64,000 nt of DNA from Bugula neritina (lineage: Eukaryota > Animalia > Bryozoa). The position numbers and the translations under genes are program-made. The stretch is from assembly GCA_964035545.1 (NCBI GenBank), contig OZ037765.1, positions 7,016,698 through 7,080,697 on the forward strand, written 5' to 3'. Under the pieces are notes generated by a model, which saw only the letters and a program-made list of their open reading frames with translations, made no database searches and had not been told where the DNA came from. Position 1 is the stretch's first letter. Each line of letters opens with the position of its first letter. Below, piece after piece: positions 14,401 through 26,880 of this stretch.

Positions 14401-14552
14401 TTCCAGATGACTGTCTGTATGCGGACCCCGTGGTGGGAGCAACTCCATCTTTCCAATCTAGATTATCAGAGTTGGCTTCTCTTGAAGCAGAAACTGTTAG
14501 ATATGAAAAGTTGAAAAAGCTTAAAAAGAAAAGCAAAGAGAGAGAAGATTAG
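11461..14552 (+). CDS. C8orf89-like protein, low-complexity Ser/Thr/Asn-rich body with conserved C-terminal motif. Exons 11461-11492 (first exon F), 12290-12483, 12842-13081, 13408-13746, 14407-14552; 316 aa with exon F
   Basis: All junctions are GT-AG and keep phase (2,1,1,1). The last exon encodes DDCLYADPVVGATPSFQSRLSELASLEAETVRYEKLKKLKKKSKERED*, which resembles my recollection of the C8orf89 C-terminal motif (ADP..GA.P.F..RLSE...LE.ET.R.E); not verified by search. Confidence 0.7.
12690..12835. repeat. AT-rich microsatellite-like tract in an intron
   Basis: Runs of tatat/tacata. Confidence 0.7.
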
Positions 14553-17500
14553 CAGAGGGCTTCTCAATAGGAAAAGCACACAATAGAAAGTCAAGTTGCC
14601 TAGAAAAGTACTTTTATAGTGAAAGTATCAAAAGTTTTTCTAAAACAAATTGTTAAAGTCAACTTTTAATAATTTGGCATCTCCAGTATTTTATTAAATA
14701 AAGTAAACTTTATTATTACTATTAGTTTATAGTCGCAAATTTAAAATGTTTCCATACTGTTTAATGAACTAGTGAGTAATAATTTAGGCTATAAGTATAT
14801 AATAAGGTGCTTGTTTTGTATCTATTTTTCTGCTCACATTTTTAAGATATTCAATAAAGTATAAATTTTATAAAAATAAAGAAACTTCGTGCTTAATTAC
14901 ATACACGGATGAAAATAATGAGAAAAAGTTTTGCTCTTGTTTTAATGCAAAGTTACTTGATACGAATGAATGCTAGTGAGTCAAATAGCTATAGTCAGTT
15001 CTTCCTTGAGGGCATAACCGGAAAATGAGTCATTCAAAGTTAATAGCTAACAAAGTCAAGTGAAGCTATTCGGTCATACCGAGCATTAATTTAAGTTTTT
15101 GTATTACAGTTAAAATTTCATATACTAATAAGTGGCTAAAATATCCTTTATATAACAATTTTTTCTCACACTAGAAATTGTAGGGCTACAACAAGTTCCA
15201 GTCTCTAGCTGTGTTTTTAGTAGACAACAAAATCAATTACTGATTGTAAAGTTGGAATAGCAAGCAAGTTGGGTGTTTTTAGCATGTGCAATTTCTTTTA
15301 TGCTTAGAACTGGTAACCAAATATTTTGAAGTAAACTTTGTGTAGTTGAAATAACGTGGTGTAGTTTTGCAAACATTGCATCATCAGTATTAACCCATTA
15401 AATAAATTACTCAACACAACAATTCGCAATGGTTACGACTGTAAATATTTGTTGACGTTGCTCTGCAGGGTTGCTGAGGGTTACCAAAACTGGGAAGCCA
15501 TTTTTATCTCTCTCTCTCTCATTAGAGGCTGCTAAAAAACCAAGCAACGTTCGGGGATCAATGAACTAAAACTAAATTAATAGTTCATTGTTCAGGATAG
15601 CAAAATATTCAAACATTGAATTAAGAAGTTTTTGCTGTTATTAAAACTGTTTAACTTTAGTTATGTGTGAAATCCATGATTTTACGAAAGGTCATCTATG
15701 TAATTAAAAATTTGCAAGCTCAGTTTACTCATGAATAGAGAAGATAACTCTATAAATTTTTATGTTAACGAAAGCAACTTTACGCCGATTGCGCCTTATG
15801 TAGATTGCATTTACTGTAAGATCGAAATGTCACTATTTTACTTCAAGGACACGGCTATATCCGTAAACAAATAAGGGGGTATCTATGGCGAGAGTAATCG
15901 AATGACTATGGAGGTATCGAAAAACTATCGTATTATATGTTATTCTACTGGTCATGAATGCACGATTATCAATTGAAGTTATATTATAAAAAACTTATGC
16001 TTATTTTTTTCAAAACTTATGTTATGTATGTACACCTTGAAATGAGAAAATTGTTTTTGTAATACTAATAGTAATTCATCAATTGCAGTTTAATAGAAAC
16101 TCAAACTGAAGTTTTAACTATTGAAACTACTACTAATGATCGAAAATATTAATTTATTTTAAACTTGTAAAGTGTTATCAATTATACCTTTTTATAAATC
16201 ATTTGTGAAAAGCTATTTTGCGTTGCCATCAGCTTCGGTTTCAGCATTATTTTATTATTATTAATAATTATGATAGTTGTTATTGTTGTGATTATCACTC
16301 TTACTCTTAGTCTTTAATTATAGTAATAACTATAGTTCTGGCTTGAAACTGATAATGATTGTGAATACACCAACTCTGCTGAAACTGCAATCAGTAGATT
16401 ATTGTATGTTTATGACTATATTATTACAAATATTATAATCAATCATAGTAGTACTAGTAATGATTACAATTGCTAATTGTTATTCTATTATTATAGTATT
16501 TGTGGTTGCTAGTGTGGTAGTAACAGTGATAATGGTCAATAAAAACACAATGACTAATGAGGTAGTTGAAATCATTTTCGTCGAGATCATGATAATCAAC
16601 TTCATACATGCTAAATTATTAAATGTTAATTGGTCCATTTTAGATTTGTAAGAAATATTATGAGCTATGAAAACTGCTTTTAAAAGTTACAATTATGTAC
16701 CAGTTTGCACAGTAAGTATTTTTCAAGTTGCAATGTGTTAAATTTATATTTATACTAAAATTGACTGAGTGTTTTATTTTTCTATTTTTTGTCAAAATAA
16801 GAATATTTTAATTCTTAATTTCTTTAAACTTTAGATCAACATTTTGCAGACAATTGAAAAGACAAATTCAAATCTCTTTGCAATTCATTACATTATGCAT
16901 TTTTGATAAAAATAAAACATAATACAATCTATGTGAACCTATTATGAATTGCAATCTTTGTTACCAGGATCTAGACTATAAGCTCAAATAAATGAAAATC
17001 GGTAAGCTTATGGTGTGCTACTAATAAGTTAGATTTTGGCATCAGTATTATACTTATATCAATAACTTTATATTATTTTGATGGTTGTAGGTATAAAGCG
17101 CCTTTAAAAATGCATTAGAAAATCTAAAACATTTAAATATTGTTATTAACAAGAAATGTTTATGTTACTCGAGTAATTGCATTAAATAATGCTAGTGTAC
17201 GTTACCTAAAAAATAAATTGAAAATCAATAATATTGTGTTCATTGATAGTATTTTGGTTAAATACGAAGCACTCAACAAGATGTAGTCAATTAACTAATA
17301 TATTTAAGAAATTGCTATATGAAAGTCAATAGCTGATGAAATAGTATACACATAACTTTTACTATTGTGAGATGAACTAAAATCTTGCAGCTTTTGGTTT
17401 TAGGCAAAATTTGATATAAAGTATAATTAGCTATGCTCAAATTACAAATTATTCTTAAAAACTAGTTTTGTTAGTTGGAGTGTACAAACTTTCATATTTA

Positions 17501-18293
17501 AAGTAAACAAATTTTATTGTAGCTTCATTTTACACAAGCTTTATCTCACTGCAGCAGTTATCTTCTCACTTAGCTTTGTATGCATGGTATTTCTCATCAT
17601 TGTTTTTCACTTGTGAAATCATTGAAATGCATAAGTTTATTATTTGGCTCTGACAAATTTAATGCGGAAATTGCGTTTTTCCAATAAAATATTATTGTCC
17701 TATATTTACAATGTTTTAATAATATATTATGTTAAAAGAAGCTGTTTGAAAATGGTAAAAGATTTGCTTGTATACTTGTTGTGTTTACCAAACTTCAGCT
17801 TTTTATATAATAAAATATCCTTATTATTAATTTTTGAATAGAGTGAAGGATAAAGCATGTGCACTGTAAAATACATAAATATTCTATATTTTGTGAATTT
17901 ATTCTGATAGTCAACAAAATGTAGGTAAATTTCTGGAGTAATTTTGTTGTGTGTTTGAACTAAACTTATTTTAAAAATGTGTAAACATAATTTTAGTTCA
18001 ATAACAATGGTAAATACTTACTAAATAACTCGCTCTGTAAATATAAACAAATTGAAATCAGTATGTTCAAGAATGTTACCTTGTGAGCTATGACCTTGTG
18101 ATGACTAGTTTTAAAAACTTCTGTCGGTAAGATGAAATCTGAGCATAGGTCTTTTAAGGATACAAAAATTCTTGACAAAAAGCAATTTAAATTATCTTTT
18201 AATCTTATAGCCCTATAGTTAACATGCTTTGTCACCAAATCTTTGTTTTCATTCAGGTCCTTAAGTGATGTTCACTGGAATAAAGAGACATCA

Positions 18294-19408
18294 ATGCAAG
18301 CTGTCAAAGATATCAAAGATTTTGTTTCAGTTAAAAATACTGACACTCGCCCCCTTCAGAAACAATTACCAACTCTTACAGTCGGCCTCTCCACCTCAAT
18401 ACTATCTCATAAAAGTCCCTTACCTCCAATACAGAGTAAAGCCAACAATTCTAACCTGCTAAGTAACTTCCCTGTAAACCGGGAAAACTTACCAGAAGTT
18501 GAAACTTCCCTATCTTCATCATCATCGGCCGACACACCCTCAAATCAAAATGTATTTCAGACTTCGCTGTCTCACTTGTCGCCAAGATCTAGTGCAGATT
18601 CAACCAGTGCAATAGTACAAAGTTCTCTGTCTGCTAATCAGCCAATGGTAAGTTGAGCTAGTAACTTGCAACTGAATGAAGGCTATAGTTACAAGTGGCT
18701 CCAAGTTATTTTTTTATTTTGGCTTCATTGTGTTTAGATGAAGAGTTAATATTCATAGTTGCTTCGCAAAAGTTGCTTTAATTTTCTTTATTGTATTATA
18801 AATATAAATCAATGGTCATCAGAGCTTATAGGACAACTACCCACAAAGTCAGTTAAATGCTTTTAGATATTATAGATTTTAAGTTACGGGCAGCTCAGTA
18901 TTAAGATACTGAGCTGCTCGTATCTTAAAACATTTTTTGAGAGTTTTCACCACATGATAGGATAATGAGTCACAAAATGAATAAATATTATAATTCAAGG
19001 ATTATTTTAACCATTGAAAAGTTGATTATACTACATTGTGATTGATTATGCTTCTAATGATAAGTTCAACTTTAGAGCTCAAGGAAGTTAGTTTTATAAA
19101 TTGGCAATCATATCATATAAATATTACACAATAATATTACGTTTTAGGAGTTGTGTGACCGAGTTCAAGCACACGGTGTGCGGACGTATCCTATGCTAGC
19201 AGTATTGTCCGTATTCATCTGCTGCCCACTAACCGGCATGTTGGCAGCGCTGCTGACATTACGAGCTGAGAATAGTTTCTATAAGCAGAAATATATGGTG
19301 GCTCAAAAAGAGGCTCTTGTTGCTAGAGTGTGTCTCCTGTTATCATACATAGTCGGGGTTGTTCTTTACATAATATTCATAGCACTTTACAGAACATTTC
19401 TCTCCTGA
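18294..19408 (+). CDS. CD225/dispanin (IFITM/PRRT/SynDIG-like) membrane protein. Exons 18257(ATG 18294)-18647 and 19148-19408; upstream exons possible
   Basis: Ser/Pro-rich N-terminus spliced in phase 0 (ATG|gtaagt...ttttag|GAG) to YPMLAVLSVFICCPLTGMLAALLTLRAENSFYKQKYMVAQKEALVARVCLLLSYIVGVVLYIIF: two hydrophobic segments, a CC pair and the A...S/A..A loop typical of CD225. Confidence 0.8.
18877..18930. repeat. 25-bp inverted repeat (hairpin) with 4-nt loop in the CD225-gene intron
   Basis: ttttaagttacgggcagctcagtat-taag-atactgagctgctcgtatcttaaaa; two mismatches, one of them G-U. Confidence 0.85.
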
Positions 19409-20769
19409 AACTTTAAAAGCTTTAGGATGAATGTATTTTTGAAAGTCTATTGTTAGTAATTTTTATAATGACATTATCTGTGAAACTGTTTTTATTTCTT
19501 TTGATCTCTATTAGTGATAATAATTCATTTTCATAGTGCCTGTGTCCAATGTATTATCTGCATTCAGTATATTATGAAATGTATTATTAGTGATACCTAA
19601 TATTTCTTAGAGTTGCAATCCCCTTTACTGGTGCCATGGTAACCCTTGATTACGTGCTTTAATAATATGATATTTTTAGGATCTGTTATTATGGGCTTAT
19701 CACTTTTACTTAATTTTTAATTTTGTATGCAAACATGATTTTGCTGCAGAGCACTAAACTGATTTTGTGATACCCATGACTACACTTTAATTGCAATAAT
19801 ATGTTTTCAAAATATATTATCTAATCAATATTATAGTGGTTTTCACTGAAATATTATACACATATTACTTTTTTAATCAATGCATTTCATCACCGTTGAT
19901 TAAACAGGTTGTAAATAATGTGAAATATGCAACAAAATTAGCTAATCATAAACTATAGCTGTTAAATATTTCAGTTAGAACTTATTAACTGTTACTTTTT
20001 TATTTTAATATGTTTGAAATTGAAGCTTGAGCGAGAGAGAATTCTTTTTTACTTGCATGCGATTTGTTTAGTCAAATATGATATTTTTGAGGATTATTTA
20101 AATGATAATATCATTGTACCATAAACAGGAGCCACTATAACTATTAGAAAATTTTGCATTATATTAATCAAAAAACAAATTCGGTCACTATATATATATT
20201 AGGTTATAGCATAAATTATCTGTATGTGATAAGCCATATTGATTTAAAAATGCACTAAAGTTTAGAATAAAGTTAACAACAGCATTGTATAAACAAAAAA
20301 AGATTGATGATGATCCTTTATAATAATATGTTGGCTTAATAATTGGATTAAAGCCGGAAATTATCGCCACAGCACACATTATAATTGCATACCAAACATT
20401 ATGATTTATTAGAGCTCTCGGAGTAACATATTTTACACTGTGAGCTATAACAATGTAAATTTTAAAAAGATGCAATTTTGTCAGGTTCATTAATGTAATA
20501 ACATTCTTTCTAAAATTATAGGAGTTGCCTATCTCTTTTAGAATGTTGCGTGTTGTAGTGTTTACAGAGACAACAACTCCGCTACAATGCCTAAAACGAC
20601 TACTTCATAGTTATTATTGTAATCAAGTGAGTTTGCAAGAACTTCCGCTAGCTGTCGGCCATCAAGGTTCAAAGTCAAAACTTAGCTGTTGGAACACATA
20701 CATGAAGTCAAGTTGCTACGATTAGCCTATTAATCTTCGGGTACGTGATGTAGTATTACTTACACACAT

Positions 20770-21420
20770 TATTATGATTATTATTATTCGTATAACCGTT
20801 ATGATAATAATTTGAAAATGTAATTACAAAGTGAAAGTCAAACTGAAATTCAAATAGTAATACTAATACTAATAGTAATAGTAATACTAATACTAATAGT
20901 AATAGTAATAGTAATACTTATGTCTTATAGTTATAGTTATACTAATACTAATACTAATAGAAATACTAATAGTTATAGTAATACTAATACTTATAGTTAT
21001 AGTATAAGTATAAGTTATACTTCTCTTACTCTCTTAGTCTTATAAAAGTTTACAGTTGTGTTTACAGTTTAACTTTAAGTTATACTATTACTTATTATAG
21101 TTATACTTATAGGCCTACTTATAGTTATATTTATGCATTGACTTTGAGCCATGAGCCTGAGGCTGAGCCTGAGGTTTCTGATATTCATAGTCAATGTCAA
21201 TAGTGATAGTGATAGTCATACTCAAACTTACTTATAAATCAGTATGAGTATCATAATCATAGTCCTAGTGATTCGCTGATACTGATACTGATAGTCATAC
21301 TCATGAGTCATGAGTCATAGTGATAGTCAAACTCAATGCCATATGGTAATATTCCTAATCATAATGAATAATGATTAAGAAATAAATATAATTATAATGA
21401 TTAACAATAACTTTAACTTC
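20770..21420. repeat. Hexamer-period low-complexity region (taatag/taatac, ttatag, gtcata, ctgagc)
   Basis: Tandem hexamers visible directly. Confidence 0.7.
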
Positions 21421-23023
21421 AACTTTTACTTTAAGTGATGATAATTATTTAATTTTATTCAATTACTGTTGCTGTTAGTGTTACAATCCTGTGACTAAGG
21501 CTAGTCATTATCACTATGGCTCTGCCTCTTATACTTTGTATTACTATAAGTATTACATTTACTATTACCGAGTGAGTGAGCTAGTAATTTGGTAATCACT
21601 AAGTCAGCACTACTAAAAGTAAATAAATTTCAAATTTAATCAATATTTATACTGTAATCAATTTTACTGAGTAAAAGTTAAGAATCTATTTTTAGTGTAG
21701 TAAAACTAAAAGTGATACTCACTAATTATCACTATGGCTAACTAGGTTCAATAACCTGCAGCTACTCCTAAAGGTTAACTGTCACTTTGTCAGTAATATC
21801 AATATGAAAAGCTTGTGTGGTAGAGTTTCAACAAGCTGTAAAGGAACCCAAAATCAAAATGACCATAATATTAGTTACAAAAGCTATTTTAATCTGACTA
21901 TTGATATAGTGTATCTAGAGATATCTTTTTATCTAGAGATAAAATCTTGTAACCTAATAATTTAAATCCAAGAGACCTTTACTTTGTCTTGTTTATGGTG
22001 CCAATTTGTTAAACATATAATATTTTTGAATGATGTAGTTGCCTATTTGCTGAGGCCTAAACTGATATAATTTGTACATAATTGTAGTATATAAAATTGT
22101 ATGTGATGCCAAAATTTACTAAGTTTTAAATGGGCCAATAGACTATCATTGAGAATATTACTCAACAGTGTACCTACATATTATACAAAACTTAGGCCTA
22201 CCTACATATTATATACTCTCAGTTAAATAGTTTGGTATTTATTCCCTCTCAATTAGCAGGCTACCTCTTACTGGTAAATAACATGCTGAAAAGGTTTCAA
22301 ATAAGAAATTTCAATTGCTATGAAACCTGGAAATTGCATTATGCTAGAATCAATAATGCTTTCTTGGATAGTTTGTCTTGCTACACCATAAAAGATTTCA
22401 CAGTGCACAAAATACTAATCTGATTACAATTAGTCCACCTCAATCTTTCTAATGACACAAATATGCAGGTGAAAAGACGTGCTGTTCACCTGACTGAGTT
22501 TTATTATCAGCACTGAAATCAATTAAAAATAGTAGAGTATTGCATACAAAATATCTATCTTCACATCATGGCAATATTTTTCTTGTGTATGTGTATAATT
22601 GCATTTGTGTGTGACTTCATTAATTGTTGGCGCCATTTAAAATTCTGCTGAGCACCTTAATTTATTATAAATCAAGAAAATTCCAGATAGATAAAACACT
22701 ACAGCCATCTCTAAGTCATAATTCCATCCATGGATCAGATCTTTAAAACCCCAAAAGGTTTTTTGTAGTTTTATTAGCTATAATAGTATTTTACATCTAT
22801 TTGAAGCCAATTACACAAATCACATTTAAAACGTTTGTTGAAACAAACACTAAATATCATTTCATTCAAATTGAAGCTTCAATTTGCTTTGCCTGGCATT
22901 GGACTTACTAATTCAACTGTAGCCTCAAATATAGCTTGTATACTATTTTTGACCTTAATATTGCAGACAACGCAGTAACATGAAACATTTCTGGTAATAT
23001 CTACCTTTCTTCAGACTGTATAT

Positions 23024-23200
23024 GGGTCATTTTACTTAATTTAGTACACATCGGAAATTTCCAGTTTTTAGCTATTTTTCACAATTTAGCTGCTAATGAA
23101 CAAAGGTTTTTGCTCAAAACTAGTAAAATGTCAACACACTAAGTCAAAATAGCTAAAAACTGGAAATTTCCAGTGTGTACTAAATTAAGTAAAATGGCCC
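23024..23200. mobile_element. Non-autonomous TIR DNA element (MITE), internally deleted relative of 60183-60608
   Basis: TIR GGGTCATTTTACTTAATTTAGTACACA...TGTGTACTAAATTAAGTAAAATGGCCC flanked by ATAT on both sides. GGG termini with a 4-bp TSD suggest Sola-like, unconfirmed. Confidence 0.85.
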
Positions 23201-23218
23201 ATATTTCATTGGCTACTT

Positions 23219-23400
23219 GGGGGGAAATTTACCAGTGCGTGATTGTATATGATGTCATTATTGTTGTTTGTTTTGATTCCGTGCCTATTGCATATTACTG
23301 TAATTATTACGCAAGAAACTTGTATCGCTTCAAGGCGAATCCTATTGGTTAATTTTTTATTTACTCGTGATTGGTCAGTTCACGCTTTATATATATACTA
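23219..23400 (+). promoter_or_regulatory. Putative proximal promoter of the coiled-coil/zinc-finger gene
   Basis: kappaB-like GGGGGAAATTTACC (~23220), TGATGTCA (~23250), C/EBP-like TTACGCAA (~23306), two reverse CCAAT boxes (ATTGG ~23344 and ~23370), TATATATA (~23388), ATG at 23461. Motif matches only. Confidence 0.4.
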
Positions 23401-23460
23401 AAGGTGTCACTTGATAGCGATTAGAACATTCATGAAAGCTTGCCTTGTGGTATATTATTA

Positions 23461-26400
23461 ATGTCTATTCAAGAGTTTGTGTTCACAATGATTAGTATTT
23501 CAGAAATGGTAAGTTTATATTATTTCTACTAGTGTTGTATTACTGAAAGCTGTATTTTCTATTCAAACTGCATGTAATACTAAATTGAAACATATTTTAG
23601 TTAGAGAAGCTACCATCAGCTAAAATGGATGAGTCAGAGCAATCTATAAGCATTCCAATAAGAGAATATGAAAACTTAAGAAACACGTCTGCTCTTCATG
23701 ACAAACAGCCTATTATCAGAGACTTGCAACTGCTTCTGTTAAACAAAGAAGCTGACTTGCAGAGATACAAGGAAAAATATGAACAGACAGAGATAGTTTT
23801 AGGAAAAACACAAAAAGCTTTGGATAAACGGCTACAATCTGAACAAGCTCAGCTCAGTATACCGTTGCTGAGGCAATCCCAGGCTCAACAGAAAAACACT
23901 TCACACGGAATTATTCCTCTACAGCGAACTGACTCTAGAACTGCATCTCAGGATTATAAATCAGTTGGTGTTGTAGCTAGAGCAACTGGGGAAGCCGAGT
24001 CAGATGACACTGTAGCCTCTCTTCCCAATTCTAGCTCAAGGCCCCACATTTTAGATGAGGGGCGGCCAATCAAGTCATTGCCTTTAGGTTTGAGTGTCGG
24101 ATCCCCTGGTATGTCAACTGCATTATTGAAAAGACTAGTACAAGAAAACCTCAAACTTAAGTCACAGCTAGAGAAAAGAAATATTCCTAAATCTTCAAAG
24201 GTTAGTTTACTTAGCTCATTCTTCTTTTAACGTAAGGCTGTGTGTCTATCTCCAATGACTACTTTCATTGGACATTTTCTGAAGGCAACACATTATAATC
24301 AGAATATGTGCTTAGTAGGATCTTAGGTGCAAGTAAATGTTAGTTATTAGTGAGTCACCATTGTGTTATTAGCTAGTCTAGCTAGTATTATTAACTAATA
24401 ATATTTAGTAGATGTGTGTTAGTAACTGCTGAGTAATATATTTAGTAGATGTGTGTTAGTAACTATTAACTAATATATTTACTGGTTTACTAAATAGGAC
24501 CCAGAAAGAATCATAACAGATTTAAAAGAAAAACTGCAGAATAAACAGGGATTGATAGACGATTTAACAAGAGAAGGAGACGATGATTGTTTGAAGTTGA
24601 AGTTAGCAGAATCACACAAAGAGGTAAGTTTAACAACTTATGCTCTACAAAAACGGATATTCAACTTCCATGACTATTAATTATATCCGGTAGATTTATT
24701 TCTGATTCTCATATATCATGTTTATATTGTAGATTGAAAAGTGCAATGAAATGATAGAAATGGAAAAAATAATTATTGAGTCATTAAGGCAAGAAAATAA
24801 TAAATACAAAAAAGAAAAAGAAGAATCAGACAACTTTGTAAAGCAATACAAACAGCTGAAGGTGAGGGTTAGGATCCTATGCTATATTTTAGTATATAGT
24901 AGCAGTGTGGATGACACAGGAATTTTCATCTTTGATTAATGATTCACATCAGATTCAAGTTTATTATCTGCTTTTCCTGTAGTGATATGCTGAGCAAACT
25001 CAAGTCTGCCCAAATTGCTGCTTTTATCTATGAACTCTGTTCTTTAACCTTTTGCCTGTAGTGACTTAGTATCTCTACTTGTACAGCTTATCGGGCATCA
25101 AGTAGTTTGTATTAAAAATTCCATCAACTTGCTATACTATTCTTATACTTACATCTTATTTTATTAGAATTCAGTGCAAGCTAATGATGAGAAAATCAAT
25201 GAGTTAGAAAGTAGGATACAGATGGAAACAGAGAGAAGGAGAAGTGTTGAAGCGAAGGTAGATGTCCTAAAGCTATTAGTGTTGATTTGTCATTAAGTAG
25301 ATAATCCTAACACTGGGGGGGAAATTATTCATTTGGCTTACTGGTTTATGGGAAATTATCAGCCGGGCTGTAATTGGTGGAGCTAACTTACTTTAGTGGG
25401 GCGTGGTAGTAGTGGTGTGGTTACAGCAGGAGCTGTTCTTCACAACGTGCTTGGCACGTAGGTGATTAATAACTTCCTTGTACAACCTCATCAACCTCCA
25501 CATAAACAGCGCTAAACCCACCAATCAATAATGAAAACCCAAACAAAGGATGTTTTGTGTATAAATAAGCCCACAATAGATCTGAAACATATAATACAAT
25601 TATACTCAGTTGCAGTGTTTGTTTGATGAATCGAATTTTCTACTAAACTGTTGATACCTTTTCCTTTGTTGTTTCTTGGAACTGTAAAGTTTCCCTATTT
25701 ACAGCTTGAACTATGCCAGAGTGAGTTAGAAGCCGTGAAACAACAATTAGAAACCACTGAACAGGAGAAAGAGTTGCTGCAAACAAATTACACGACTTTG
25801 TGCTCTCAGGTGTGTATTTTATATAACCAACATTCTTCAACAGGTCAGGTTAACTATACTCTATATGTCTGTCATATGATCTGTAGCTCTGGTTATAACT
25901 ATGACATATTCGAACTTGGAATGATGAATTGCAGCCTACAAGGAAACAAGGAAATAACTTCAATCATAATAATGTTTATTGCCAGCCATTTAGTGAATCA
26001 ATGTGTTCCTCTATGTAGTGTATATGGAACAGCTCATTGCACTTTATCTCTAAAGCTTCATACTACACTTGCTATAAGCCCTATATTGTATAATTCTTTA
26101 TAATTCTATGCAACTATTATTACTAGGTGTAACTCCCACTATGTATTTGTGTATTGCCATTAGTGGTAATAGTAATGATGGTAGTAACAGCAATAGGGGT
26201 GTGATCTTATTTTCATTGTATATTTTTTATCATTTCAGTACCACAAGACACCCTCATCAACACAGCAACCAACCTACAAGGTGCAGACTCCACAGCTACC
26301 ACAAAGTCATACTAGTAATCAACGCAATCTTAAACCTCTCACTTTACAATCACAGCCAACTCATAATTTGACTGCATCATATGTTGACACCCAGAGGTAT

Positions 26401-26688
26401 CAACCTTCCCCAAGAGCTGACCTGTCAGCATCCTTACAATCGCCCCAAGGACCTACAGTGTCCAGGAAGTCGGAGGATGTGTATAGTCGTCCCTCAACAT
26501 TGCAAGAACCTTTGATACGAAGAACCAGTGGCACGCAGTCTCCATACACACCTTCGACCTATCAACCTGCTCGGCCACACTCACCCTCACCCTCAACTCG
26601 AAAGACATTCAAATGCCCCAGATGTGACCTTATATTCAATGTCTTACAAGGTTATCGAGACCACATTAAGATTTGTCTTAAAAGATAG
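23461..26688 (+). CDS. Coiled-coil adaptor with Pro/Ser-rich region and C-terminal CCHC (UBZ-type) zinc finger, TANK/TNIP/NEMO/optineurin-like architecture. Exons 23461-23508, 23601-24200, 24498-24623, 24733-24861, 25168-25257, 25705-25809, 26239-26688; about 515 aa
   Basis: Six GT-AG introns, all phase 0; heptad-rich E/K/Q/L exons; ends FKCPRCDLIFNVLQGYRDHIKICLKR*; AATAAA near 26751. Start could be 23461, 23488, 23506 or 23625. Orthology not established. Confidence 0.8.
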
Positions 26689-26880
26689 TTGTTCAAGAAA
26701 GTTTGCTTTTTTTATCGGATTCTTTTACCTGAAAGTTATTTTTTATTGTAAATAAATTTATTTATTTAATTTATTTCACATAAATTAACAAATTTTGTGA
26801 AACTTTGTACAAATATATTTCTACGCACATAGTGCTAATTTACTCCACTAAAAACAGTATAAGCCATGCACTTTATTTTA

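Noticed and set aside
16460-16651. Hydrophobic 63-aa ORF
   Set aside because: Arises from triplet-like low-complexity sequence; no splice or homology support.
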